Of a DNA stretch of 64,000 nucleotides, positions 39,076-48,134 are shown piece after piece. The notes beneath the pieces were generated by a model, which saw only the letters and a program-made list of their open reading frames with translations, was not told the origin of the DNA and did no database searches. Source of the stretch: Vulcanimicrobiota bacterium (lineage in GTDB: Bacteria > Vulcanimicrobiota > Vulcanimicrobiia > Vulcanimicrobiales > Vulcanimicrobiaceae). Both the position numbers and the translations under genes were made by a program. The first letter of the stretch is position 1. Every line of letters begins with the position of its first letter. The stretch spans positions 1,728,001 to 1,792,000 of the forward strand of contig OY968762.1 of the NCBI GenBank assembly GCA_963695225.1, given 5' to 3'.

Positions 39076-40998
39076 ATGAAGATCTCACGCGCCGGCGCTT
39101 TCGCCGCGCTTTTCCTTGCTGCTTGCGCCGCCGGCGCGAACGCCTCGCCGGCTCCCCAGGCTTCGCCGGCTCCTTCGCCTTCCCCGACGGCCTCCGCGAC
39201 GCTGCCGGAGATCGGCCGCGTCTTCACGAGCGATCGCCGCTCGGAGCCGATCGCGAACACCACTCGCCCCACATTCGTCGTCGATCGCCGGACGATCGAG
39301 GCTTTCGGTTCGCGCAGCGTCTCCGATGCGCTCGAAAGCGTCCCGGGCCTTAACGTCTTCTCGTACGGCGCCTTCGGTTCGACGGCGAACGTCGGGATTC
39401 GCGGCACGACGTCGACGCAAACGCTCGTGTTGCGCGACGGCATTCCGCTCACCCTCGGCACGCTCGGTTCGTTCGATCTCGGCTCGCTCTCGACGATCGG
39501 CATCGGGCGCATCGAAGTCGTCGAGAGCGGCTCCTCGACGCTCTACGGTTCGAGCGCGTCGGGCGGCGTCATCAATCTGATCTCGGCGCCGCAGGCCGCG
39601 CAGCCGTACGTCCGCCTCTCGACGGGGACGCTCGGCGATACCGATATCGCCGCCGAAGCGGGGACCGGCGGGCTCGCCGTCTCGCTCGAACGGCACGTCG
39701 CCCGCAACGAATACGATTACCCGGCCTTCGGTTTCCCCGGAACGGCGGCTCAGCCGGCCGGGACGCGCGCGAACGGCGACGCGCTCGAAAGCGCGGTGCG
39801 GCTCTCGTATACCGCGAAAATCGCCGAGGGCTGGACGGCCCGCCTCTCCGGAGGCAGCGATACGGCGCGCCTCGGCGTGCCGGGGTCGCTCGCGTTCGGC
39901 GCCACGCCCGATAACCGGCAAGAGACGGCGCGCAGCGACGCGCAACTCGACCTGACGCGCGCGCTCGGCGGAGGCACCTTCTCGCTCACGCTCGCAGGCT
40001 CCGCGCAACGCCTCGCGTACGTCGACCGCACGGCCTTCGGCGGCGAGAGCGATACGTTCGACAGCCGCACGCAAGCGTCGTTGCGTTACGCCGCGTCCGC
40101 CGCGAAGAGCGATCTCGTCACGGGGATCGACCTCGCGCGCTCGAGCGCCGCGCTCTCGAGCGGCGGGGCCTTCGGTTTCTCACCGTTCGGCGTCGCGCAG
40201 TCGCAGGCGGCGGCGTACGCGCAGTTCGGTTACGCTCCCTCGGCCTCGACGCGCGTCACGTTCGGGTTGCGCGGCGAGAACGATTCGCCGCGCGCCGGGG
40301 CGCTTGCGCCCTCGCTCGGTGCGCGCGTCGCCGTGGGGCAGGCGCTCGTCAGCGCAAACGTCGCGGAATCGTTCCGCGTCCCGTCGATCGACGAATTGTA
40401 CTTCCCGGGGTTCGGGAATCCCAATCTCTCGCCGGAGCGGCTCTCGAACTACGATCTCACGCTCGCATTCCCGTCGTTCGCCGGCGGGATCTCGCTCGGC
40501 TACTTCGGACGGACCGGAACGAACCTGATCGCGACGGTCTGCGACGCGAGCTTCAACTGCCTGCCGGTCAACGTCGATCGCTCGGCTCTGAACGGCCTGC
40601 AACTCACGGCGAACACGCGCCCGTACCATCACGTCCGCGTCACCGCAAGCGCGACGAATCTCTATCGCGCGAACGGATTCGACGGCACGAACGTTGCCGG
40701 CCGCCTGCCGAGCACGCCGCCGCTCGTCGCGACGCTCGGCTTCGAACGCGGGTTCGACGGCGGCGCGCTCGCCTACGGCGCCCGCGTGCGCGTCGTCGGT
40801 TCGCGTCAAGCCGACGGTCCGATCCAGCCGAACCCGTACGACGGCTACACGAAAGCCGATGCCTACGTGCGCTATCGCTTCGCGAGCCACGCGGTCGCCT
40901 CGCTGCGCGTGAGCGACCTCGGCAACGAACGGTACGAGCCCGTCTACGGCTATCCGGCTCCCGGCCGCACGGTCACGCTGGAGTTCGCGACGCGCTAG
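39076..40998 (+). CDS. btuB: TonB-dependent receptor, probable vitamin B12 importer
   Basis: Plug domain (VSDALESVPG, IRG..QTLVLRDG, RIEVVESG.STLYG..GGVINLI), FRVPSIDELY, GYPAPGR; riboswitch upstream. Confidence 0.88.
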   Translation: MKISRAGAFAALFLAACAAGANASPAPQASPAPSPSPTASATLPEIGRVFTSDRRSEPIANTTRPTFVVDRRTIEAFGSRSVSDALESVPGLNVFSYGAFGSTANVGIRGTTSTQTLVLRDGIPLTLGTLGSFDLGSLSTIGIGRIEVVESGSSTLYGSSASGGVINLISAPQAAQPYVRLSTGTLGDTDIAAEAGTGGLAVSLERHVARNEYDYPAFGFPGTAAQPAGTRANGDALESAVRLSYTAKIAEGWTARLSGGSDTARLGVPGSLAFGATPDNRQETARSDAQLDLTRALGGGTFSLTLAGSAQRLAYVDRTAFGGESDTFDSRTQASLRYAASAAKSDLVTGIDLARSSAALSSGGAFGFSPFGVAQSQAAAYAQFGYAPSASTRVTFGLRGENDSPRAGALAPSLGARVAVGQALVSANVAESFRVPSIDELYFPGFGNPNLSPERLSNYDLTLAFPSFAGGISLGYFGRTGTNLIATVCDASFNCLPVNVDRSALNGLQLTANTRPYHHVRVTASATNLYRANGFDGTNVAGRLPSTPPLVATLGFERGFDGGALAYGARVRVVGSRQADGPIQPNPYDGYTKADAYVRYRFASHAVASLRVSDLGNERYEPVYGYPAPGRTVTLEFATR

Positions 40999-41033
40999 GA
41001 AATCATGAAGCGGGATCCGTGCGGGCTTGCGCC

Positions 41034-42638
41034 TTACGACAATCCGAGCGCGACCCTGATCGGGAGATGCGCGAGGACGCGCGGATCGATCGCGCCGGCG
41101 GCCATCATCCCGCCGACCATCGCGGGGAAGACGCCCGGCGTCACGACGTCTTGCCCGCCGAGATAGAGCCCGCGAATTCCGGTGTAGGGCCCGACGTGCG
41201 GCGAAAGGAAGCGGCGCGGCGTCACTTCGATGCCGTAGATCGCGCCGCGCGGAGCGCCCGTGTACGAGTTGATCGTCGCCGGCGTCGAGAGTTGGTGGTA
41301 GACGAGCAGCGGGGGGAGGTTCGGAAAGTACCGGGCGAACTGCGCCAGCAGCTTCGTTTCCAACTCGGCCTTCTTTTGCTGGTAGGCCGTCTCGGTCCGA
41401 GCGTCCCGCGGCCCGATCCAGGCGGCGAACGCGTCGGCCTTCGTCATCACGATCAAGTCGGCGGAGTGCTTGCGTTGCGGGCCGGGATCGTGCGCCGGAT
41501 CGTGCAGCGAGGCGAACGAGGCGAACATCATCGGCGCGTCGCCCGGCGCGAACGGGTCTTCCCATAGGTTCGCGTTCTGATCCCACGACTCGAAGAACCA
41601 ATGATTGTGCACGGTCGCGCCGTGCGCCGCGATATCGCCCTCGAAACCGAGGTGCATCACGACCGCGCTGTGCGAGGGGGCGAACGAGAGGATCTCCTTC
41701 GCCCACGGAGCGTCGCGCAATTCCGCGGGAAGCAGCTTGCCGACCGTGTTCAGGACCCCGATGCCGGAGATGACGCGCCGCGAGCGATACGTCCGGCCGT
41801 CGGCGGTCCGGACGCCCACGGCCGCGCCGCGCTCGACGAGGATCTCGGCGACGGGCGAGTCGACGAGAGCGCAACCGCCGGCGCGCTCGATCACTCCGAG
41901 CATGCGGCGCGAGAGCACGGCGGCGCCGCCCACCGGGTAGAACGCACCCCTCGAAAAGCTGCGCGTCACCTTCGCTTGCATCCCGAAGCACGCTTCGGCC
42001 GGGATGGCGCCGTAGTCGCACCACTGCGCTCCGAGCACCGCCCGCAGGCGCGGGTCGCCGATCCTGCGCTCGAGCATCTCGTGGACGGTGATGCCGCACC
42101 AGCGGTCGATCGCGCGCCGGTGGACGGCCTCGTAGAACGGTTTGAGCGGCCCGGGGAGCCCGCGCAGGATGAACGAGGCGGCGAACGCGTTCGAGGCGGC
42201 CGCAAGCGTGCCGAAGTACGCGTCGATCTGCGCTCCGGAATCCGGGAAGCGCTCCTTGAGGCGCTGCTGCAGCCCGGCCTCGGGGCGCATGAACCCGAAC
42301 TCGAAACCGTCCGGCAGATGGACGACGTCGTACGTATCGCCGTATTCGAACACGTCGACGGGACCGTCGCATAGCCACGCGAGCGTCGCCACGGCATCGA
42401 GGCCGGGCCCCGCCTCGCTGAGATAATGCAGCCCGACGTCCCACTTGAAGCCGTTCCGCGAGAACGACGTCGTGGAGCCGCCCAGCGCGTGCTGCCGTTC
42501 GAGGACGAGGACCCGCCGATTCAGTTTCGCGAGGGCTGCCGCGCTCGCCAAACCGCCGCTTCCCGAACCGATGACGACGGCGTCCCATTCGATGGAGGTG
42601 GGGTCAACAGGCAGCGCGGCCGGCATATGAGCGGCCAT
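41034..42638 (-). CDS. Phytoene desaturase/carotenoid oxidoreductase family (retinol saturase-like) flavoprotein
   Basis: DAVVIGSGSGGL, LERQH.LGG, WDVGLHY, YPVGG, STPAT, GAIYG, GLYLGGQD. Confidence 0.85.
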   Translation of the reverse strand: MAAHMPAALPVDPTSIEWDAVVIGSGSGGLASAAALAKLNRRVLVLERQHALGGSTTSFSRNGFKWDVGLHYLSEAGPGLDAVATLAWLCDGPVDVFEYGDTYDVVHLPDGFEFGFMRPEAGLQQRLKERFPDSGAQIDAYFGTLAAASNAFAASFILRGLPGPLKPFYEAVHRRAIDRWCGITVHEMLERRIGDPRLRAVLGAQWCDYGAIPAEACFGMQAKVTRSFSRGAFYPVGGAAVLSRRMLGVIERAGGCALVDSPVAEILVERGAAVGVRTADGRTYRSRRVISGIGVLNTVGKLLPAELRDAPWAKEILSFAPSHSAVVMHLGFEGDIAAHGATVHNHWFFESWDQNANLWEDPFAPGDAPMMFASFASLHDPAHDPGPQRKHSADLIVMTKADAFAAWIGPRDARTETAYQQKKAELETKLLAQFARYFPNLPPLLVYHQLSTPATINSYTGAPRGAIYGIEVTPRRFLSPHVGPYTGIRGLYLGGQDVVTPGVFPAMVGGMMAAGAIDPRVLAHLPIRVALGLS

Positions 42639-42832
42639 GAAGGGGGAGCGTTCACGCTCGGGGCCGCCGGGCCTTGCACGCCGCCGCGGCAGGCGCCCGG
42701 AGCCTCGCGGGCGGACCTACGTCACCAACAGCCGCCGCCGGCGCGAGTATCATAGGGGACGCCGCGAACTCGGTTGCGCGCCGCACCGGGTCGGCTCCTC
42801 TCGCACCAACGCACGCCGACGGAGGCCTATCG

Positions 42833-44641
42833 ATGCGCATCCTGATGATCCAGCCGAACTACCATGCGGGCGGAGCTGAGATCGCAGGAAACTGGCCCCC
42901 GGGGTGGGCGGCGTACATCGGCGGCGCGATCCGGCACGGCGGCTTCCCCGACGTCGAGTTTCTCGATGCGATGGCGTTCAACATCGAGCACGACCCGTTG
43001 CGCGAGATCATCCGCAAGAAGCAGCCCGACGTGGTCTTGGCGACGGCGATCACGCCGATGATCTACAAGGCGCAAGAGACGCTGAAGGTCGCGCAGGAAG
43101 CCTGCCCCGGCGTCATGACGATCCTGGGCGGCATCCACCCGACCTTCATGTACGGTCAAGTCTTCTCCGAAGCTCCCTGGATCGATTACATCGTCCGCGG
43201 CGAGGGCGAGGAGATCATCGTCAACCTGCTGCGCTCGATCGAAGCCGGGACGATCCTCAAAGATCGCAGCGAGATCAAGGGGATCGCCTATCTCGAGGAC
43301 GGCAAGCTGATCGCGACGCCGGCGCACCCCGTCATCGCCGATCTCGACACGTTGACGCCGGACTGGAGCCTGCTCAAGTGGGACAAGTACATCTACATCC
43401 CGATGAACACGCGCGTCGCGGTCCCGAACTTCGCCCGCGGCTGCCCGTTCACGTGCCGGTTCTGCTCGCAGTGGAAGTTCTGGCGTAAGTACCGCACGCG
43501 CGATCCGAAGAAGTTCGTCGACGAGATCGAGATCCTCGTCCGCGATTATAAGGTCGGCTTCTTCATCCTCGCCGACGAAGAGCCGACGATCCATCGCAAG
43601 AAGTTCATCCAGTTCTGCGAGGAGATGATCAAGCGCAACATCAACGTGCACTGGGGGATCAACACCCGCGTCACCGACATCCTGCGCGACGCGGACCTCC
43701 TGCCGATGTTCCGCAAGGCCGGGTTGCTGCACATCTCGCTCGGCACCGAAGCCGCCGCGCAGATGAAGCTCGACCTCTTCCGCAAGCAGACGACGATCGA
43801 ACAGAACAAGAAGGCGATCAAGCTGATCCGCGATGCGGGCATGGTCGCCGAAGCGCAGTTCATCATGGGCCTCGAGGGCGAAACGAAGGAGACCATCGAG
43901 GAGACCTACCGGCTCGCGATCGATTGGAAAGTCGACATGGCGAACTGGAACATGTACACGCCGTGGCCGTTCGCCGAACTCTTCGAAGACTTGGGCGATC
44001 GCGTCGAAGTGCGCGATTACTCCAAGTACAATTTCGTCACGCCGATCATGAAACCGGACGCGATCGAGCGCGAGGACGTGCTCAAGGGCGTGCTCAAGAA
44101 CTACGCGCGATTCTATGCGGGCAGCGCGTTCTTCCGCTATCCCTGGATCAAGGACCGCTTCAAACGCAAGTACATGATGGGCTGCCTGCGCGCGTTCGCG
44201 AAGACGACCGCGACGAAGAAGTTCTACGACCTCGAACGGCTGAAGTTCCGCGGGCTCTCGACCGAAGTGCAGTTCGGTTTCGACGAGACGAAGATCCTCA
44301 CGCGCGAGCAGATCGCGGAGCAAAAGCTCGCGCAGCCGGAACTGAGCGCGGCGATCTCCTACAACGCCCCGCGTGCAAAGGCGCCGGCTCCGGCCGCACC
44401 CGCCCCGGTCAGCGCCTGCGGCGCGCCGAACGATCTCCCCGACGCCGACGCGCTCTTCGAGAGGGCGGCTGCCGCAACGGCCTCATCCGCTTCGGCCGGC
44501 GCCTGCGGCGCACCGAACGACCTCCCCGACGCCGATTCGCCGGCAGGGGAATCCCCGTCCACGCCGCCCTGCTCGTGCGGAACGCCGCACGACCGGCACG
44601 ACGGCGGGGCGCTCGTCGAACCGGCGGGCGTGAAGCCCTAG
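42833..44641 (+). CDS. bchE: Anaerobic Mg-protoporphyrin IX monomethyl ester oxidative cyclase (B12-dependent radical SAM)
   Basis: GGAGG RBS; BchE-signature N-terminus QPNYHAGGAEIAGNWPP; CPFTCRFCSQWKFWR; FILADEEPTI; WNMYTPWPF; KYNFVTPI. Confidence 0.93.
   Translation: MRILMIQPNYHAGGAEIAGNWPPGWAAYIGGAIRHGGFPDVEFLDAMAFNIEHDPLREIIRKKQPDVVLATAITPMIYKAQETLKVAQEACPGVMTILGGIHPTFMYGQVFSEAPWIDYIVRGEGEEIIVNLLRSIEAGTILKDRSEIKGIAYLEDGKLIATPAHPVIADLDTLTPDWSLLKWDKYIYIPMNTRVAVPNFARGCPFTCRFCSQWKFWRKYRTRDPKKFVDEIEILVRDYKVGFFILADEEPTIHRKKFIQFCEEMIKRNINVHWGINTRVTDILRDADLLPMFRKAGLLHISLGTEAAAQMKLDLFRKQTTIEQNKKAIKLIRDAGMVAEAQFIMGLEGETKETIEETYRLAIDWKVDMANWNMYTPWPFAELFEDLGDRVEVRDYSKYNFVTPIMKPDAIEREDVLKGVLKNYARFYAGSAFFRYPWIKDRFKRKYMMGCLRAFAKTTATKKFYDLERLKFRGLSTEVQFGFDETKILTREQIAEQKLAQPELSAAISYNAPRAKAPAPAAPAPVSACGAPNDLPDADALFERAAAATASSASAGACGAPNDLPDADSPAGESPSTPPCSCGTPHDRHDGGALVEPAGVKP
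44414..44536 (+). repeat. Duplicated 36-bp coding repeat (ACGAPNDLPDAD x2) in the BchE tail
   Basis: gcctgcggcgcgccgaacgatctccccgacgccgac at 44414 and gcctgcggcgcaccgaacgacctccccgacgccgat at 44501. Confidence 0.9.
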
Positions 44642-44642
44642 C

Positions 44643-44924
44643 CTAAGCCTCCACGATCGTCACGTCCCCAGAGAACGTGATGAACCCGGTGATCTCGTCG
44701 ACGTCGAGCGGCGCAGGGAAGAACCACGCCGCGTCGGGGAGGCGCCGCCCCGCGACGTCGATCGTGTAATAGTTCGCCAGGCCGCGCTCGGCGTCGGACG
44801 TGTGCCTGTCGGATGCCTTGAAGTAGCGATAGTCGATCGAATCGGGCGGGAAGTAATGCGTGCCGTCGACGACCTCCGTTTCGTCGCTCTCGGCGAGCAC
44901 CGCGCCGTTCCAAATCGCCTTCAT
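44643..44924 (-). CDS. DUF427 family protein
   Basis: MKAIWNGAVLAESDETEVVDGTHYFPPDS, G.A.YYTI.V, DAAWFFP.P. Confidence 0.9.
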   Translation of the reverse strand: MKAIWNGAVLAESDETEVVDGTHYFPPDSIDYRYFKASDRHTSDAERGLANYYTIDVAGRRLPDAAWFFPAPLDVDEITGFITFSGDVTIVEA

Positions 44925-45038
44925 CGTCGTGTTTCGTCCCCTCGTCGTTCCGTCACGGGAGCGCCCGGCCCCCAGCCGCCGTTCGCACGATCGCGGTTCG
45001 CGGTCGGGGCGCTCCGCCCTATCGCGGCTCGCGCCGGC

Positions 45039-45455
45039 TCAGCGCGAATCGAGCGCCGTCGCGGCCTTTTGCAGATCGGCGGGCTCGACGAAGATGACCC
45101 CGCCGAAGCGGCCCCGCCCGTCGGAGATCGCTTGCGCGGCGACGACGCCTACCCCGGCGCGCGCCAAGCGCTCGAGCGCCCCCGCGATCGCGCCGCGCCG
45201 GTCCTCGCCCGTGAAGTAGAACGCCGTCGTCCCTTCCCCGATCTCGAGCCCGGCGGCTTTCGCCGCCGCGGCGAAGCCTTCGGGGTCGTCCGGGACGAGC
45301 TCGAGCCTTGCGTGCCCTCCGCTGGCCGAATAGCCCCAGACGGCCGTGAGGTTCACGTCCCCGTCGCGCAGCTGCGCCAGCACGCGCGCACCCGCACCGA
45401 CCTCGTTTTGGATGTCGATCGTATAGTGTTGGACCCGCCGGATTTCGTCGCTCAT
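45039..45455 (-). CDS. Tandem ACT-domain-like protein
   Basis: IDIQNEVGAGARVLAQL..VNL and GEDRRGAIAGALERLA..GV; GGAGG RBS before ATG 45455. Confidence 0.7.
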   Translation of the reverse strand: MSDEIRRVQHYTIDIQNEVGAGARVLAQLRDGDVNLTAVWGYSASGGHARLELVPDDPEGFAAAAKAAGLEIGEGTTAFYFTGEDRRGAIAGALERLARAGVGVVAAQAISDGRGRFGGVIFVEPADLQKAATALDSR

Positions 45456-45583
45456 GAATCCCTCCATTCACCGCCAACGCTATTCCCCCGCGCCTTTCAA
45501 GTCAATCTTTCCGCGACAGGAAGGGCGCCGGGCGATTCGAATCTCGCGAAACGCTTTCATCTTCGGGCTATAGAGGTTGTGCC

Positions 45584-46009
45584 GTGAGCGTTCTGTTGGG
45601 CGACGTCGACGTCGAACTCATTCTCCAGGAGGAGCACCTCGGCCGGATCGGCTGCTGCCTCGACGGTGCAGCGTACGTCGTCCCGATGACGTACGCGTAC
45701 GACGGCGATTCCGTCTACTGCCATTCCCTCGACGGCAAGAAGATCGACATGATGCGCGCGAACCCGCGCGTCTGCTTCGAGGTCGACCGCAGTCACGGCT
45801 TGCGGAATTGGGAGAGCGTGATCGCGTTCGGCACGTACGAAGAACTCGCCGGCGAGGAGGCGGAACGCGCGATGCTGGCGCTCGTCGCCCGCCTCGAACC
45901 GGCGATGCCGCCGGTCCTCAACGACGGCGGTGCGACGCCGCTGATCGACAGCGGGATCGTCTTCCGCATCCGGCTCTCGGAAAAGACGGGACGCGCCGAG
46001 AAACCCTGA
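45584..46009 (+). CDS. Pyridoxamine 5'-phosphate oxidase-like (NimA-type) FMN-binding protein
   Basis: LGRIGC..YVVPMTY..G.KIDMMRANPRVCFEVD..WESVIAFG. Confidence 0.9.
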   Translation: MSVLLGDVDVELILQEEHLGRIGCCLDGAAYVVPMTYAYDGDSVYCHSLDGKKIDMMRANPRVCFEVDRSHGLRNWESVIAFGTYEELAGEEAERAMLALVARLEPAMPPVLNDGGATPLIDSGIVFRIRLSEKTGRAEKP

Positions 46010-46043
46010 TCCCGGCGCGTCCGCGTTTCGTCTTCGACCCCCG

Positions 46044-47906
46044 TCAGCGCGCCTGCGGCGTTTCCCGGTTGCGCTCGGGATGAGAGTCGTCGCGATGAGG
46101 GTGCACGACGTGCGGCGGCGGCTTCGGCGACGCGATGCCGCGAACGTGCACGGGGGCCGCGGTCTGGACGCCGAGGTTCGACGGGTGCAGCGTCTCCGGA
46201 TGCAGCGTCTCCGGGTGCAGCGTCTCCGTGCGCAGCGCGGGATGCGCGGTTTCGGTGCGCCAGGCCGGGCGGGTCGTTTCGATCACCCCACTGGAGGCTC
46301 CGCTCGGGCCCCGGTTGGTGCCGGGCTCGTTGAAGCGCCGCCATTCGGGGGATCCGGCCGGTCTAACAGGCGGGCTCGCGACCGGCGCCACGTTCGTGAA
46401 GGCCGGTGCGGGCGTATGCGACTCGTGGATGACGTCCGTTGCGCCGTGCGGGTACAGGCGCACCGTCGCAGCCCGTACGTCCGCCCGTTGCTCCTCGAAC
46501 GAGCGCACCGGCGCCGAGGGCGCGGCGAACCGGCTGAAGCGCCGGTCGACCGGCGCGCTCGTTTCGCCGCGAGCGATCGGACGATCGGAAAAGCGGAGAT
46601 TCTGCGCCGTCGGCACGACGGGAACGATCCCGCGAACCGGCGTTGCCGCGTGCAACTCGACGGGCGTCACGCGCACCGGCCGGTCGAACCGTCCGCCCGC
46701 GAAATCCTGATGCGAGACCGCCGTGACGGCGCCCGGAGCGTTCGCGTTCCGATACACGGTGATGTTTCGAACGTTCGTGACGTTCGTGACGTTCGTCGTG
46801 TTGTTCACGATCGTCGTTTGGTTGGTGGCGTAGCGCCGCCCCCACCAGGGATTGACCGCCTCGCGCGGCGCGAGCGGGACCCAACCGACGTTCCCGAAGC
46901 CGATGCTCACGCCGCCGCCGCCGCCGAACGAGAAGAACGCGACGAGGGCCGGCTGCCACACGGGATGCACGAAGGGTCGATCGGGATACCAGCACCAGCC
47001 GTAACCGGCGTTGTAGAACCAGCGGCCGTAGTGGTACGGCGCCCAGCCCCAGGGTTCGTAGCTGACCCACGTCCAGCCGTAGTACCCTTCCCACACCCAG
47101 CGCCCGGAGCGATACGGGGCCCAGTCGGGGTCGGCATACGGCGCCCAAACGTCGCCGTAGCCCGGGACGCTCACCCAGTGGCCGTACCGATCGAGATCGG
47201 CCGCGCCGACGATGCCCTCGCCGACGTACCGGTCGCTGAGCGCTGCCGCGACGTAGCCGTCACGCTCGTCGTTCCAGCGATCGAAAGCGTCGCTCGCCGG
47301 CGTATCGACGATCTGGAACGAAGGGTCCGAGGCCGTCCCTTCGACGAGCGCGGTCATACCCGCCGTCACGCTGCGGACGTTCTGCGCGCCGACGATATCG
47401 ACGCGCCCCGAACGAACCGTCACGAGCGTGTTGCCCTCTTCCGTGACGGTGAGCCGGTAGCGGCCGCTCTGCGCGGGGCGAACGGCGGCCGACGGCGTGT
47501 CGATCTCGGGGCGCGCATCGGTGAGACGGAAGACGCGTAGTTCCACGGTCCCTTGCGCGAGCTGGACGACGTGGTCCGATTGGCCGATTCGGGTGAAGCG
47601 CAGCTCGGCGTCGGGTCCGGCCCGGAGCACGTTGCCGTAATCGAATTGCACTTCGGCGCGCGCGCCGGCGTGCGTCGAGAGATAGTCTCCGGCGAGCAGC
47701 GGGGCGTTGATCGCCGCCGCGCTCGCATCGCCGGAATCGCCGCGCCGGAGCTCCACGTCGCCGTTCAGCACGCTGACGCGCGCGACCCCCGGGTCGGGGC
47801 TCGCCTCCTCGGCGCGCACGGGGGCGGCGGCGCCCCCAAGGAGCAGCGCGAACAGCGGGGCCGATATGAGCACCGGCGCGATACCCTGGAAAAACCTCAC
47901 GTTCAT
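46044..47906 (-). CDS. Secreted FecR-domain + DUF6600 protein with disordered tail
   Basis: Signal peptide; ARVSVLNG.V..INAPL..GD.L.T..RAEVQ (FecR); DLDRYGHW..WAPYRSGRW..WTWVSYEPWGWAPYHYGRW; GWVPLAP.E. Confidence 0.85.
   Translation of the reverse strand: MNVRFFQGIAPVLISAPLFALLLGGAAAPVRAEEASPDPGVARVSVLNGDVELRRGDSGDASAAAINAPLLAGDYLSTHAGARAEVQFDYGNVLRAGPDAELRFTRIGQSDHVVQLAQGTVELRVFRLTDARPEIDTPSAAVRPAQSGRYRLTVTEEGNTLVTVRSGRVDIVGAQNVRSVTAGMTALVEGTASDPSFQIVDTPASDAFDRWNDERDGYVAAALSDRYVGEGIVGAADLDRYGHWVSVPGYGDVWAPYADPDWAPYRSGRWVWEGYYGWTWVSYEPWGWAPYHYGRWFYNAGYGWCWYPDRPFVHPVWQPALVAFFSFGGGGGVSIGFGNVGWVPLAPREAVNPWWGRRYATNQTTIVNNTTNVTNVTNVRNITVYRNANAPGAVTAVSHQDFAGGRFDRPVRVTPVELHAATPVRGIVPVVPTAQNLRFSDRPIARGETSAPVDRRFSRFAAPSAPVRSFEEQRADVRAATVRLYPHGATDVIHESHTPAPAFTNVAPVASPPVRPAGSPEWRRFNEPGTNRGPSGASSGVIETTRPAWRTETAHPALRTETLHPETLHPETLHPSNLGVQTAAPVHVRGIASPKPPPHVVHPHRDDSHPERNRETPQAR
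46182..46226 (-). repeat. 15-bp tandem repeat x3 encoding (ETLHP)3
   Basis: cgg(g/a)tgcagcgtctc repeated three times. Confidence 0.9.
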
Positions 47907-48107
47907 TTCCGCATACCCCTTCACCGCGCGCAGCTCGAACGCCGAACTCCCGGGACGAATGATGCGCGCCCGACCTCTCAACGCACGGCGGTCCCGCCGA
48001 GTCGCGCGAGAAGATTAAGCGCAGGTAAGAAAGCGAGCGCGGCAAGCGGGCGGGCGCCCCGGCGGAAAGAGGAACCGAAGAGCCCGTTAGGCATTTCCTT
48101 GCTTTGG

Positions 48108-48122
48108 AAAAGCTCCGCTTAT
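48108..48122. promoter_or_regulatory. Possible LysR binding box
   Basis: AAAAG-N5-CTTAT imperfect palindrome immediately upstream of the LysR gene. Confidence 0.3.
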
Positions 48123-48134
48123 CGAAAGGGCCTC

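Noticed and set aside
42639..42832. FNR or PpsR sites controlling bchE
   Set aside because: No TTGAT-N4-ATCAA or TGT-N12-ACA match seen; only a possible -10 box (TATCAT)
46182..46226. CRISPR-like repeat array
   Set aside because: 15-bp in-frame tandem coding repeats without spacers; no cas genes
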